Positions 39,334-47,630 of a DNA stretch of 64,000 nucleotides are shown here, in pieces. The translations under genes were made by a program, and so were the position numbers. Position 1 is the stretch's first letter. Each line of letters starts with the position of its first letter. Under the pieces are notes generated by a model. That model searched no databases. It saw nothing but the letters and a program-made list of their open reading frames with translations, and was not told where the DNA came from. The DNA is from Lysobacteraceae bacterium (GTDB lineage: Bacteria; Bdellovibrionota; UBA1018; JAGTJX01): assembly GCA_023657465.1 (NCBI GenBank), contig JAGTJX010000001.1:109090-173089 (forward strand), read 5' to 3'.

Positions 39334-41270
39334 CCCATCTTAAAACCAACTCAGCACCTAAACGTAAAGACATTCTCAACAAAGAAGAAAAGAAATTAGC
39401 TCTAAAAAATGCCCTGAGATACTTCGATAAAAAATACCATCAAGAGCTCGCTCCGGAGTTTTTAAAGGAACTTAAAGAGAGAGGCCGTATCTACATGTAT
39501 CGCTTCAAACCCAAAGAACCGATCTACGCTCGCCCTATTTCAGAGTATAAAGCCAAATCAAAGCAAGCTGCAGCAATCATGCTCATGATCCAGAACAATT
39601 TAGATCCAAAAGTTGCTCAACATCCAGATGAGCTCATCACTTACGGTGGTAACGGGTCTGTCTTCCAAAACTGGGCACAATACAATCTCACGATGAAATA
39701 CCTATCAGAGATGAGTGACGATCAAACTTTAGTCATGTATTCAGGTCATCCACTCGGACTATTCCCCTCACACAAGGATTCTCCGCGAGTCGTCGTGACA
39801 AACGGAATGATGATTCCTAATTACTCCAAGCCTGATGACTGGGAAAAGTTCAACGCTCTTGGAGTCACTCAGTATGGCCAGATGACTGCTGGCTCTTATA
39901 TGTACATAGGTCCTCAAGGGATTGTTCACGGCACAACCATTACGTTACAGAATGCTGCAAGAAGAAAATCTCCTGAAGAAACACTAAAAGGGAAAATTTT
40001 TGTCTCCTCAGGCCTAGGAGGAATGAGTGGAGCTCAAGCCAAAGCTGCAGTCATCGCTGGAGGTGTAGGAGTCATCGCAGAGATCAATCCTGCAGCTACC
40101 AAGAAGCGTCATGAACAAGGCTGGGTGAATGAAGTATTCACTGATTGTGAGTCCATCACTCTTCGCATGTTGGAGGCACGCAAAAAGGGTGAGGCTATCT
40201 CCCTTGCCTACCAAGGTAATATTGTCGATCTCTGGGAATACTTGGCTCGAGAGAAAATCAAAATTGATATCGGATCCGATCAAACATCTCTGCACAATCC
40301 TTGGTCTGGTGGATACTATCCTGTAGGCGCTACATTCTCTCAATCACAGAAGCTGATGAGCAAAGAGCCTAAGAAGTTCAAGTCACTCGTTCAAACTTCA
40401 CTGAAGAGACAAATCAAGGCGATCAACCAACTTACGAAAAATGGAATGTACTTCTTCGATTATGGAAACGCGTTCCTATTAGAGTCTTCACGAGCGGGAG
40501 CAGCCTGCCTTAGAAAAGACGGGAAAACATTCACCTATCCCTCTTACGTTCAGGACATCTTAGGACCTCTGTGTTTTGATTATGGTTTTGGCCCTTTCAG
40601 ATGGGTGTGTACGAGCGGATCAGAAAAAGATCTCGAAACTACCGACCAAATCGCAATAGACGTTTTAGAAAAAATCAAAGCGACTGCACCTTCTGAAATC
40701 AAAGGACAGCTCAGCGACAACATCGATTGGATCAAAAATGCTAAATCGAACAAACTTGTTGTCGGATCTCAAGCTAGAATCCTCTATGCCGATGCTCAGG
40801 GTAGAATAGAAATCGCCGAAGCCTTCAATAAAGCAATCAAAGACTGCACTATCACAGCTCCCATCGTTCTCGGTCGTGATCATCATGATGTGAGTGGGAC
40901 TGATTCTCCTTATCGAGAGACTTCCAACATTACTGACGGTTCACAGTTCACTGCAGACATGGCTGTTCAGAATTTCGCTGGTGATTCATTCCGAGGGGCC
41001 ACTTGGGTCTCTCTCCATAATGGAGGCGGAGTAGGGTGGGGTGAAGTGATCAACGGTGGTTTTGGTTTAGTCATCGATGGAAGTGAGCGATCCTCTCAAG
41101 CACTCAAGTCCATGCTTCATTGGGATGTGAACAATGGGATCGCCAGGAGAAGCTGGGGAAGAAACAGTGGGGCTCGTTTTGCAATCGTACGAGCAATGAA
41201 AGCTGAGTCTAAACTCAAAGTCACTCTACCTAACGAAGTTGATCCCGATCTACTTAAGAAACTTTTCTAA
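39330..41270 (+). CDS. hutU: Urocanate hydratase, long form (646 aa)
   Basis: ITYGGNGSVFQNW, YGQMTAGSYMYIGPQGIVHGT, GLGGMSGAQ and GRDHHDVSGTDSPYRETSN. Start set to the ATG at 39330 (ATGA overlap with the upstream stop). Confidence 0.88.
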   Translation: MTHLKTNSAPKRKDILNKEEKKLALKNALRYFDKKYHQELAPEFLKELKERGRIYMYRFKPKEPIYARPISEYKAKSKQAAAIMLMIQNNLDPKVAQHPDELITYGGNGSVFQNWAQYNLTMKYLSEMSDDQTLVMYSGHPLGLFPSHKDSPRVVVTNGMMIPNYSKPDDWEKFNALGVTQYGQMTAGSYMYIGPQGIVHGTTITLQNAARRKSPEETLKGKIFVSSGLGGMSGAQAKAAVIAGGVGVIAEINPAATKKRHEQGWVNEVFTDCESITLRMLEARKKGEAISLAYQGNIVDLWEYLAREKIKIDIGSDQTSLHNPWSGGYYPVGATFSQSQKLMSKEPKKFKSLVQTSLKRQIKAINQLTKNGMYFFDYGNAFLLESSRAGAACLRKDGKTFTYPSYVQDILGPLCFDYGFGPFRWVCTSGSEKDLETTDQIAIDVLEKIKATAPSEIKGQLSDNIDWIKNAKSNKLVVGSQARILYADAQGRIEIAEAFNKAIKDCTITAPIVLGRDHHDVSGTDSPYRETSNITDGSQFTADMAVQNFAGDSFRGATWVSLHNGGGVGWGEVINGGFGLVIDGSERSSQALKSMLHWDVNNGIARRSWGRNSGARFAIVRAMKAESKLKVTLPNEVDPDLLKKLF

Positions 41271-42628
41271 ACTTCGTGAGGGAGTAAGCGCTTCACAGGC
41301 CTGAAGTAGCGCTTTGATGAGTACTGAGAAAAGTCTGAAATCTTAGCCATATATATACAAGCGTACTTCTCGACTTGACCCGCGTAGCGAGACTCTTCAT
41401 TACCCGCACGCATAATTTCTCCCCAATGAGGATTGAAATACTTTTTGAATTTCTGAATGTGTGCAGAGACTCTTGCGTTCAAGGTCTCAATCTTTGTAAT
41501 GAGTTGACCGATTTGTTCTTTGTCTTTTTTCTCGATCTTTGTTTTGAGGTTGATCTCATCTAGAGCATCTTCGAGCTTAGACTTCTCTTCCATCATGAAA
41601 TCTAGAATTTCTTGAGTCTTCTGAGACTTCTTGATGCATTCGATTTCCTTATCTAACTCTTCAATCACGAGAGCCGTTCTCCAGTTACATGCCTTCTTCA
41701 GGGTCACGATATCACCGTAAATATGATCACCTAGATAGAGGATGTCTTCACCCGTGAGACCTAATGCAGTCTGTAGATTCTTCGCAGATCCACCCTGATA
41801 AACACCTTCAGTGAGTTTCCCATCGAAGTTACTCATGAGGCCAGTCTTCGGATCTACTTTTAAGAACGAAAGCTTATCTGTGAAGAATCTAGGCTTAGAC
41901 GAAGAAGTAATCGTGAAGTTGAAGAGCTCAGTCCAGTGCTTGTACTTCTTCAGAAATGGATTGATCGTGTGCTCCATGAGGAGTTTTGTGTAATAGAAGT
42001 CAGAGTTTGTGATGAGCATGAGAATTTTGCCGTCGGATCTCAAGCGCTCTAATACCTGAACACACTCAGGGTCTTGAATGATGTACTTCTCAATGTTCTC
42101 TGCGATTTTACGTTTTAAGCTTCCATCACGGTGACTGAGATCGACCATCTCAAGAATGTCACTCTCCATGACTTCGTATGCGGGAAGCTTAATTGTTTTC
42201 TTAGAATCTTTGATATCCACGAGTTGAGCAAACAGAACTCCGTAAGCAATGGAGAAGCTCGTATCTACTACTTCGTAATTAGGATCATTGAGATCGACGT
42301 ACATCCCTTGGTAGGTTTTCAGCTGCGCTTTGTACTCAAGAGGCTTTGTTCCATGGAATGCCATTTTGATTTTTCCATAGAGACTGAGCTTAAGGAGATT
42401 GCCATTTTTGCGATCTATCACCAGACCTTTGATGGCTCTCTTATAGTCGAATTTGAGATTTTCGATCGCCTTAGGGTAACCTTTTTGGAGAACGAGCTTC
42501 TTTAAAACCTCTTTATAGGTCATCTGCTCTGATTGTTCGCTATGGTAACGAACAATCGTATAATCCATATCAAAGCCGATAGCTTTGATCCGTTTAAGGT
42601 CTAGAGTTCTATTACTAAAGATAGGCAT
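41267..42628 (-). CDS. HAD-superfamily 5'-nucleotidase (cytosolic purine 5'-nucleotidase / NT5C2-like family)
   Basis: IKAIGFDMDYTIVRY (DxDxT motif I) and LYLGDHIYGD (motif IV region); 453 aa. Confidence 0.7.
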   Translation of the reverse strand: MPIFSNRTLDLKRIKAIGFDMDYTIVRYHSEQSEQMTYKEVLKKLVLQKGYPKAIENLKFDYKRAIKGLVIDRKNGNLLKLSLYGKIKMAFHGTKPLEYKAQLKTYQGMYVDLNDPNYEVVDTSFSIAYGVLFAQLVDIKDSKKTIKLPAYEVMESDILEMVDLSHRDGSLKRKIAENIEKYIIQDPECVQVLERLRSDGKILMLITNSDFYYTKLLMEHTINPFLKKYKHWTELFNFTITSSSKPRFFTDKLSFLKVDPKTGLMSNFDGKLTEGVYQGGSAKNLQTALGLTGEDILYLGDHIYGDIVTLKKACNWRTALVIEELDKEIECIKKSQKTQEILDFMMEEKSKLEDALDEINLKTKIEKKDKEQIGQLITKIETLNARVSAHIQKFKKYFNPHWGEIMRAGNEESRYAGQVEKYACIYMAKISDFSQYSSKRYFRPVKRLLPHEV

Positions 42629-42669
42629 AGTCGCACATGCTATGATAACTAAGAATCAGTGTCGATAGA

Positions 42670-43677
42670 ATGAAAAAAAAGTTTGATGACCTCTCTAATC
42701 GAGAGCGAAATAGATTCATATCCAAGAAATCTAAGAAGGTGAACAACACCACTAGGACGTTACACATCCCTATCGAAGAAACGAACGCGACCGTATTAGA
42801 AATTTACCCAAAATTTATCAAAGTCAGAATTGACAATACAGGCCAAACACCTCTTTGCACTTACAGAAGAGCTGCTCTTTGGCAAAGCCGCGATCTTGAT
42901 CAAAGAGACAGATCCCCACTCTGTTGTGGCGACCGTGTGAAAACAAAAGTTTTTGGAACAAAAGATGGTCTCGTAGAAGGCGTAGCGAAACGCAGAAATC
43001 AACTCTCTCGTGTAGCACCTGGACGTGATGGAGGTTTGGAGCATGTCATCGCAGCCAACCTCGATCTTATGGTGATCGTGAGCTCATTCTCAGAACCTGA
43101 GTTCTCACCTGGACTGGTAGATCGCTTCCTCATCGCCTCACTCAAGTCTGGAATCACTCCTCTACTCTGCATCAACAAAGTTGACCTGAAGAAGTCCGAA
43201 GTGAAGCCTTGGGCAATTTATGAATCTCTTGGCATTCAATGCATCACCGTTAGCGCCAAGAAACACTTAGGGTTAGAAGAGCTGAAAGCATTACTCAAAT
43301 CTAAGGCTGTCGTATTCTGCGGCCACTCCGGTGTGGGTAAGACCTCTCTTCTCAATCAATTAGTCGAAAGCTACTCAGGAAAGACTGGCTCAGTGAATAA
43401 ATCCACAGGCAAGGGCAAACACACGACTAGCTCTTCTCAACTCCTCACAATTCCAGATGGTGGAGCATGGATTGATACACCGGGAGTTCGCGCGTTTAGC
43501 TTCTCAGGAATCACAGAGATCACTCTTAAGAACTACTTCCCTGAGTTTGAGAAACTTCCTTGTTCCAACACCAACTGCCTTCACGACGGCGTAGATCCAC
43601 TCTGTAATGCGACTGAACTCTTCCGCTACGATAGTTATCAAAGAATCTTGGAGTCGTTGAGAGAGGAAGCTCGCTAG
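42670..43677 (+). CDS. rsgA: Ribosome small-subunit-dependent GTPase A
   Basis: Circularly permuted GTPase order (NKVDL before GHSGVGKTSL) and a C-terminal zinc cluster CSNTNCLHDGVDPLC. Confidence 0.88.
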   Translation: MKKKFDDLSNRERNRFISKKSKKVNNTTRTLHIPIEETNATVLEIYPKFIKVRIDNTGQTPLCTYRRAALWQSRDLDQRDRSPLCCGDRVKTKVFGTKDGLVEGVAKRRNQLSRVAPGRDGGLEHVIAANLDLMVIVSSFSEPEFSPGLVDRFLIASLKSGITPLLCINKVDLKKSEVKPWAIYESLGIQCITVSAKKHLGLEELKALLKSKAVVFCGHSGVGKTSLLNQLVESYSGKTGSVNKSTGKGKHTTSSSQLLTIPDGGAWIDTPGVRAFSFSGITEITLKNYFPEFEKLPCSNTNCLHDGVDPLCNATELFRYDSYQRILESLREEAR

Positions 43678-44717
43678 TGTTTACGCCGATCGTCTCAATG
43701 ACTTGGAAACTCGTTAGACCCCTCATTTTCCTTTGTGACTCAGAATTCATACATAATTTGAGTACATTCCTTATTCGGTCCTTTTACCAAGTCTTTGGCA
43801 GAGCTATCCTGAGGATCAAAGTCGGTGGCCCAATCACTGCTCCTCATCCTTCAACGCCAATAATTGGACTCGCTGCTGGATTCGATAAGAATGCTGAGTG
43901 GCTGCCTACACTTCCTTCATTCGGATTTCAATTCACTGAGATAGGCACTGTTACCCCTAGACCCCAATCAGGAAACGATAAACCAAGACTCTTCAGAGAG
44001 GTGTCGAATCAAACACTCTTCAATCGAATGGGCTTTAATAATCTTGGCGCTACAATGATTGCTGAACGCTTGCGCGATGTGAAGCCCACACTCCCTCAAG
44101 GCTTTGAAGTGGGCGTGAATATCGGTAAAAACAAGAATACCCGTAACGATGATGCCGCTCTTGATTACGCCGCCGCCCTCTCGCCATTTGCTGAGCTGGT
44201 AGACTACGCTGTCATCAATGTGAGCTCACCCAATACCGTAGGTCTTCGTGACCTACAAACACTCGAATCGCTCTTTCCAATCGTTCAAGCATCTCAAAAC
44301 GTCATTCTTTCATGGAAAAAGTCTATTCCACTCTATGTGAAACTCGCACCTGAGGTTTCTGGGGAATCGCTTTCAGATCTCATTCAAGGATTAGAGTCCA
44401 AGGGGATTGATGGATTCATTCTTACGAATACTCTAGCAGGTCAATACACACATGAGGGTCAAGCCCTAAGTGGTGGATGGAGTGGCAGCTGTCTTACCGA
44501 AACTTCACTTGAGAGACTAAAACAAGCCCGATCCATGACTAAGAAAACTCTGATCTCCGTAGGTGGAATCATGTCAGGAGCGCATGCAATTGAGCGAATT
44601 CAAGCGGGAGCTGATCGTATTCAAGTGTATTCAGGTTGGATTTATGGAGGCCCATCGTTTCCTTGGCAATTAAGAAGCCAACTTGACAACACTCTCGTTT
44701 CACAATCAAATAGATGA
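43677..44717 (+). CDS. pyrD: Dihydroorotate dehydrogenase (quinone), class 2
   Basis: GLAAGFDKN, EIGTVTPRPQ.GN.KPRLFR, NVSSPNT and GGI blocks. Confidence 0.9.
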   Translation: MFTPIVSMTWKLVRPLIFLCDSEFIHNLSTFLIRSFYQVFGRAILRIKVGGPITAPHPSTPIIGLAAGFDKNAEWLPTLPSFGFQFTEIGTVTPRPQSGNDKPRLFREVSNQTLFNRMGFNNLGATMIAERLRDVKPTLPQGFEVGVNIGKNKNTRNDDAALDYAAALSPFAELVDYAVINVSSPNTVGLRDLQTLESLFPIVQASQNVILSWKKSIPLYVKLAPEVSGESLSDLIQGLESKGIDGFILTNTLAGQYTHEGQALSGGWSGSCLTETSLERLKQARSMTKKTLISVGGIMSGAHAIERIQAGADRIQVYSGWIYGGPSFPWQLRSQLDNTLVSQSNR

Positions 44718-45040
44718 ACATGCTCCTTGCGATCACTCTCATATTCTCATTTTTGAACTCTGCTAAAGCATCACAAGAAGTCATTGTAAAAGCTGAGAAA
44801 ACCATCATTCATGAAAGTCCAGATGACCAAAGCGATGGGCTTGTCTCTGCCAAAAAAGGCAATACACTCAAAGCAAGCTCTTCTTCACGAAGTGGTTGGT
44901 ACAAAATCGAACTTCCCACCAAAATTTATGGCAAAAGATACGGGTGGATCAAAAAATCTGATGTTGATTCAGTCAAAGTCCTCTATCCAGACAACAAAGT
45001 GAGTACCGACATCACTTCTGATCAAAAAAAAAATCCTTAA
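44714..45040 (+). CDS. Secreted SH3b-domain protein
   Basis: Signal peptide ending AKA. SH3_3-like GWYKIELP..GWIKKSDV. The ORF ends immediately after an A10 tract. Confidence 0.55.
   Translation: MNMLLAITLIFSFLNSAKASQEVIVKAEKTIIHESPDDQSDGLVSAKKGNTLKASSSSRSGWYKIELPTKIYGKRYGWIKKSDVDSVKVLYPDNKVSTDITSDQKKNP
45024..45033 (+). repeat. Homopolymeric A10 tract at the junction of two ORFs
   Basis: gatcAAAAAAAAAAtcc. One extra A would place the upstream ORF in the frame of the downstream beta-barrel ORF, which is open from 45022. Confidence 0.9.
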
Positions 45041-45069
45041 TTCTGTTTAGACCATCGTTCTCTGGCTTC

Positions 45070-45615
45070 ATGGCTATTCCTTCGAGTTGGTCGAATTACG
45101 CCTATGACAGCAACAGCACCAAATATGGTTTTGGATTAGGAATTACTACAATTTATAAACTTTCTGATTCTCTTGGTCTCATTTTAAACGGTGGATATGA
45201 TTGGGTTTCTGGATCATTCACTTCAAGTACGACTTCTCAAGACACCAAACTCTTTGCCAGATACATCCATGCGATGGGTGGAGTGACTGTTCCCATGGGA
45301 GAGATTTTACCAGTTGATTCATGGTTAGAGATCTCTGCGGGAGTGATTCTTGCTCCCGTCATTGGTTCAGTTGGAATACCATCGAGGAACGATCAATTCT
45401 CCGCAGTTCAAACTTCAACTTGGGCTGGGGCTGTCAATTATGTCATCGAACTGGAACTAAACGAGTATCTCAACGCACATTTTGGATTAGGCTACTTGTT
45501 CATCCCTAGCATCACTACGCTACTGCCTTCGTTAGGTGGAGGTGGCTACTCTGACTCGGTATCGATTGCTTTAGGGAATTTCAGGAGTGAACTGGGAATT
45601 GCTTTTTACTTCTAA
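45070..45615 (+). CDS. Beta-barrel-like outer-membrane domain ORF without its own signal peptide
   Basis: Alternating strand pattern and C-terminal ELGIAFYF (terminal Phe). There is no signal sequence at the annotated Met. The frame is open upstream to the A10 tract. Confidence 0.45.
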   Translation: MAIPSSWSNYAYDSNSTKYGFGLGITTIYKLSDSLGLILNGGYDWVSGSFTSSTTSQDTKLFARYIHAMGGVTVPMGEILPVDSWLEISAGVILAPVIGSVGIPSRNDQFSAVQTSTWAGAVNYVIELELNEYLNAHFGLGYLFIPSITTLLPSLGGGGYSDSVSIALGNFRSELGIAFYF

Positions 45616-45668
45616 TAGAAAATAAATATTCAAAAAAATAACTTAATTTAGGCCTCAAAAAGTAAAAA

Positions 45669-45692
45669 GCCCGAAACTTTTCAGCCTCGGGC
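45669..45692. terminator. Bidirectional rho-independent terminator
   Basis: Stem GCCCGA (45669-45674) / TCGGGC (45687-45692) is flanked by A5 upstream and T4 downstream. It serves the plus-strand barrel ORF and the minus-strand micro-ORF. Confidence 0.6.
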
Positions 45693-45718
45693 CTTTTGAA
45701 CTTATCGAAGAGTAAAAA

Positions 45719-45766
45719 CTACTTCTTCTTTTTTGCAGTTTTTTTCTTTGCTTTTTTCTTAGCCAT
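45719..45766 (-). CDS. 15-codon poly-lysine micro-ORF (MAKKKAKKKTAKKKK)
   Basis: ATG is preceded by GGAGG with a 9-nt spacer (45780-45776) and followed by the terminator. It is too short for the ORF track. Confidence 0.4.
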   Translation of the reverse strand: MAKKKAKKKTAKKKK

Positions 45767-45871
45767 TTTTATTTTCCTCCGTTGAAGGGAACTAAAATCA
45801 ATTCCCTGTATACAAATAGTTTACGTCTTCTTGGCATAAGTGCAAGCAAAGAAATGCGGTATTCTATTTTT

Positions 45872-46705
45872 TTATTGTGGGCACTTGACTGTCTGATTGT
45901 TTGCATTCACACAACGTGCGATCTCAAGCTGTTGAACTTGTAAGTTCATGCACAAATCATTTTTCCAATTTATGTTTGTTGAACTCGGTACGATGTTCAG
46001 TCCTGCAATCAGCAAAGTATGAGCTGTGATTTCTTTTCCAGTCTTAGGAACTTGAGTGAGCATGAAGTTTTCTACGGGTGTTGCACTCTCTGCAGTCATC
46101 AATGTTCCGATCAAGCCCGCATTCAATCCTAAATTGCCTGCTATAACTCCAGATCTGTTTGTTTGATTTCCTAATAGGTCTGCAGAACTGCAATTATACA
46201 TTCCATTCACTGAACGAGTACCCCAAGAACCTTTCACAGTGCTGAACAAGGTATCGCGAGGGAGCACCACTACAGGTTGAAGGACAGATTGCATGAGTTG
46301 TTGAGTTGTCATCGTTCCATCAAGCACTGGAACTTGATAGCTCATGACATTGATTGGATATGACTGTGATGTGCTAGAGCCTAGATTAAAACTCCAGCTC
46401 CAATTGAGGATACTGGCTGAAGCTCCTGCGTTCACTGTACCTACGTTTGGTTTGCCGAGAGCGATTTGCATCGTACATTTTCTGTCTCCAGAAGGAAGGA
46501 CTTCGAACCTGCCACCTTGCTGAATACACGCCTGAAGAGGATCAGGAGAAAGATTAAATAGTGCTGCATAGGGATTCGCAGCTAGCGTAGATGCTGAAGT
46601 GAGCCCGTTGGGTTGCTGTTGAAGCGCACCACCGCAACCGGTGACGATTGCTGCGGTTGCGATCATTGCAAGAACACTTGCTACATGTACTGGTCTGATT
46701 TCCAT
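45872..46705 (-). CDS. Hypothetical lipoprotein
   Basis: Lipobox IVTGC with several paired Cys; no recognised family. Confidence 0.5.
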   Translation of the reverse strand: MEIRPVHVASVLAMIATAAIVTGCGGALQQQPNGLTSASTLAANPYAALFNLSPDPLQACIQQGGRFEVLPSGDRKCTMQIALGKPNVGTVNAGASASILNWSWSFNLGSSTSQSYPINVMSYQVPVLDGTMTTQQLMQSVLQPVVVLPRDTLFSTVKGSWGTRSVNGMYNCSSADLLGNQTNRSGVIAGNLGLNAGLIGTLMTAESATPVENFMLTQVPKTGKEITAHTLLIAGLNIVPSSTNINWKNDLCMNLQVQQLEIARCVNANNQTVKCPQ

Positions 46706-46781
46706 AAAAATACTCCTTACTTCATTCCTTGGATTTTATTCCTTCGCTATTAAGCACAATCGTTGCGCTGAAATTTAGGGT

Positions 46782-47198
46782 TTAGCGATATTCACAGCCA
46801 CCCCATAAAAACGCAATGTCCTCTACACTGAACATTAATGAAAGTGTGCTTCCAATATCAGAGTTAACGTGCATTAAAGATTTCCCCATCTTTCCAGATG
46901 AATCGGCTTTAGTTTTATCAATTAATGTTAAGTACACAGGGCTTTTAGATGGGTTTGCTGGGTAATGATAAACATGAGCCTCTACAAGGAGATTCTGGCT
47001 CTCTAAAATTTTTATTTTTTGATCATTAACAGTGTCTTCAAACTTAAAGATATTGTTTCCTTCTTTAGAGTTTACACCTTGCATAGGTTCCATGCTTTTT
47101 AAGTCACGAAAAGCAAAAGTGCAGTCCAAGGTCCTCTCACCAGCAAACGACAATGTTGATTGACTGATTAATCCAATAACAAACAATAATTTTTTCAT
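46782..47198 (-). CDS. Hypothetical secreted protein
   Basis: Signal peptide MKKLLFVIGLISQSTLSFA; no recognised family. Confidence 0.5.
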   Translation of the reverse strand: MKKLLFVIGLISQSTLSFAGERTLDCTFAFRDLKSMEPMQGVNSKEGNNIFKFEDTVNDQKIKILESQNLLVEAHVYHYPANPSKSPVYLTLIDKTKADSSGKMGKSLMHVNSDIGSTLSLMFSVEDIAFLWGGCEYR

Positions 47199-47630
47199 AA
47201 CTTCCTTCTTCTCTTTCTGGTCGCATGACCAATGTTTTCCGAGTAAACCTCGGATTAGAACTCTTTGCTTTGATGCTCAAAACAACGAACTCCGATGACC
47301 TCTATAAAGCACGAGACGTGCCAGGACTTCAGTGCTCACAAGGCCTTAATTTTGAGATAATGGCGAAAGCCTGCCTAAGCTCAATTCAGGTGTAGATAAA
47401 GTTGACAGAAAACACTTCAAGACCCTCGTTTCTTCATTAAAACTTAGAAAAAACTCATAACTTATTGATATTTAAGTATAATTATTACACTTGTTTTGTT
47501 TATTAAATTAAGTTAACTTTATTAATAAGTATTAACAGTTTTCTCGGAGGTGCTTTATGGATAAAGCAACATACAGAAAAAGCCCGATTGCTCAATGGAT
47601 CGTGTCGGTTCTACTCTTGATGATCTACTA

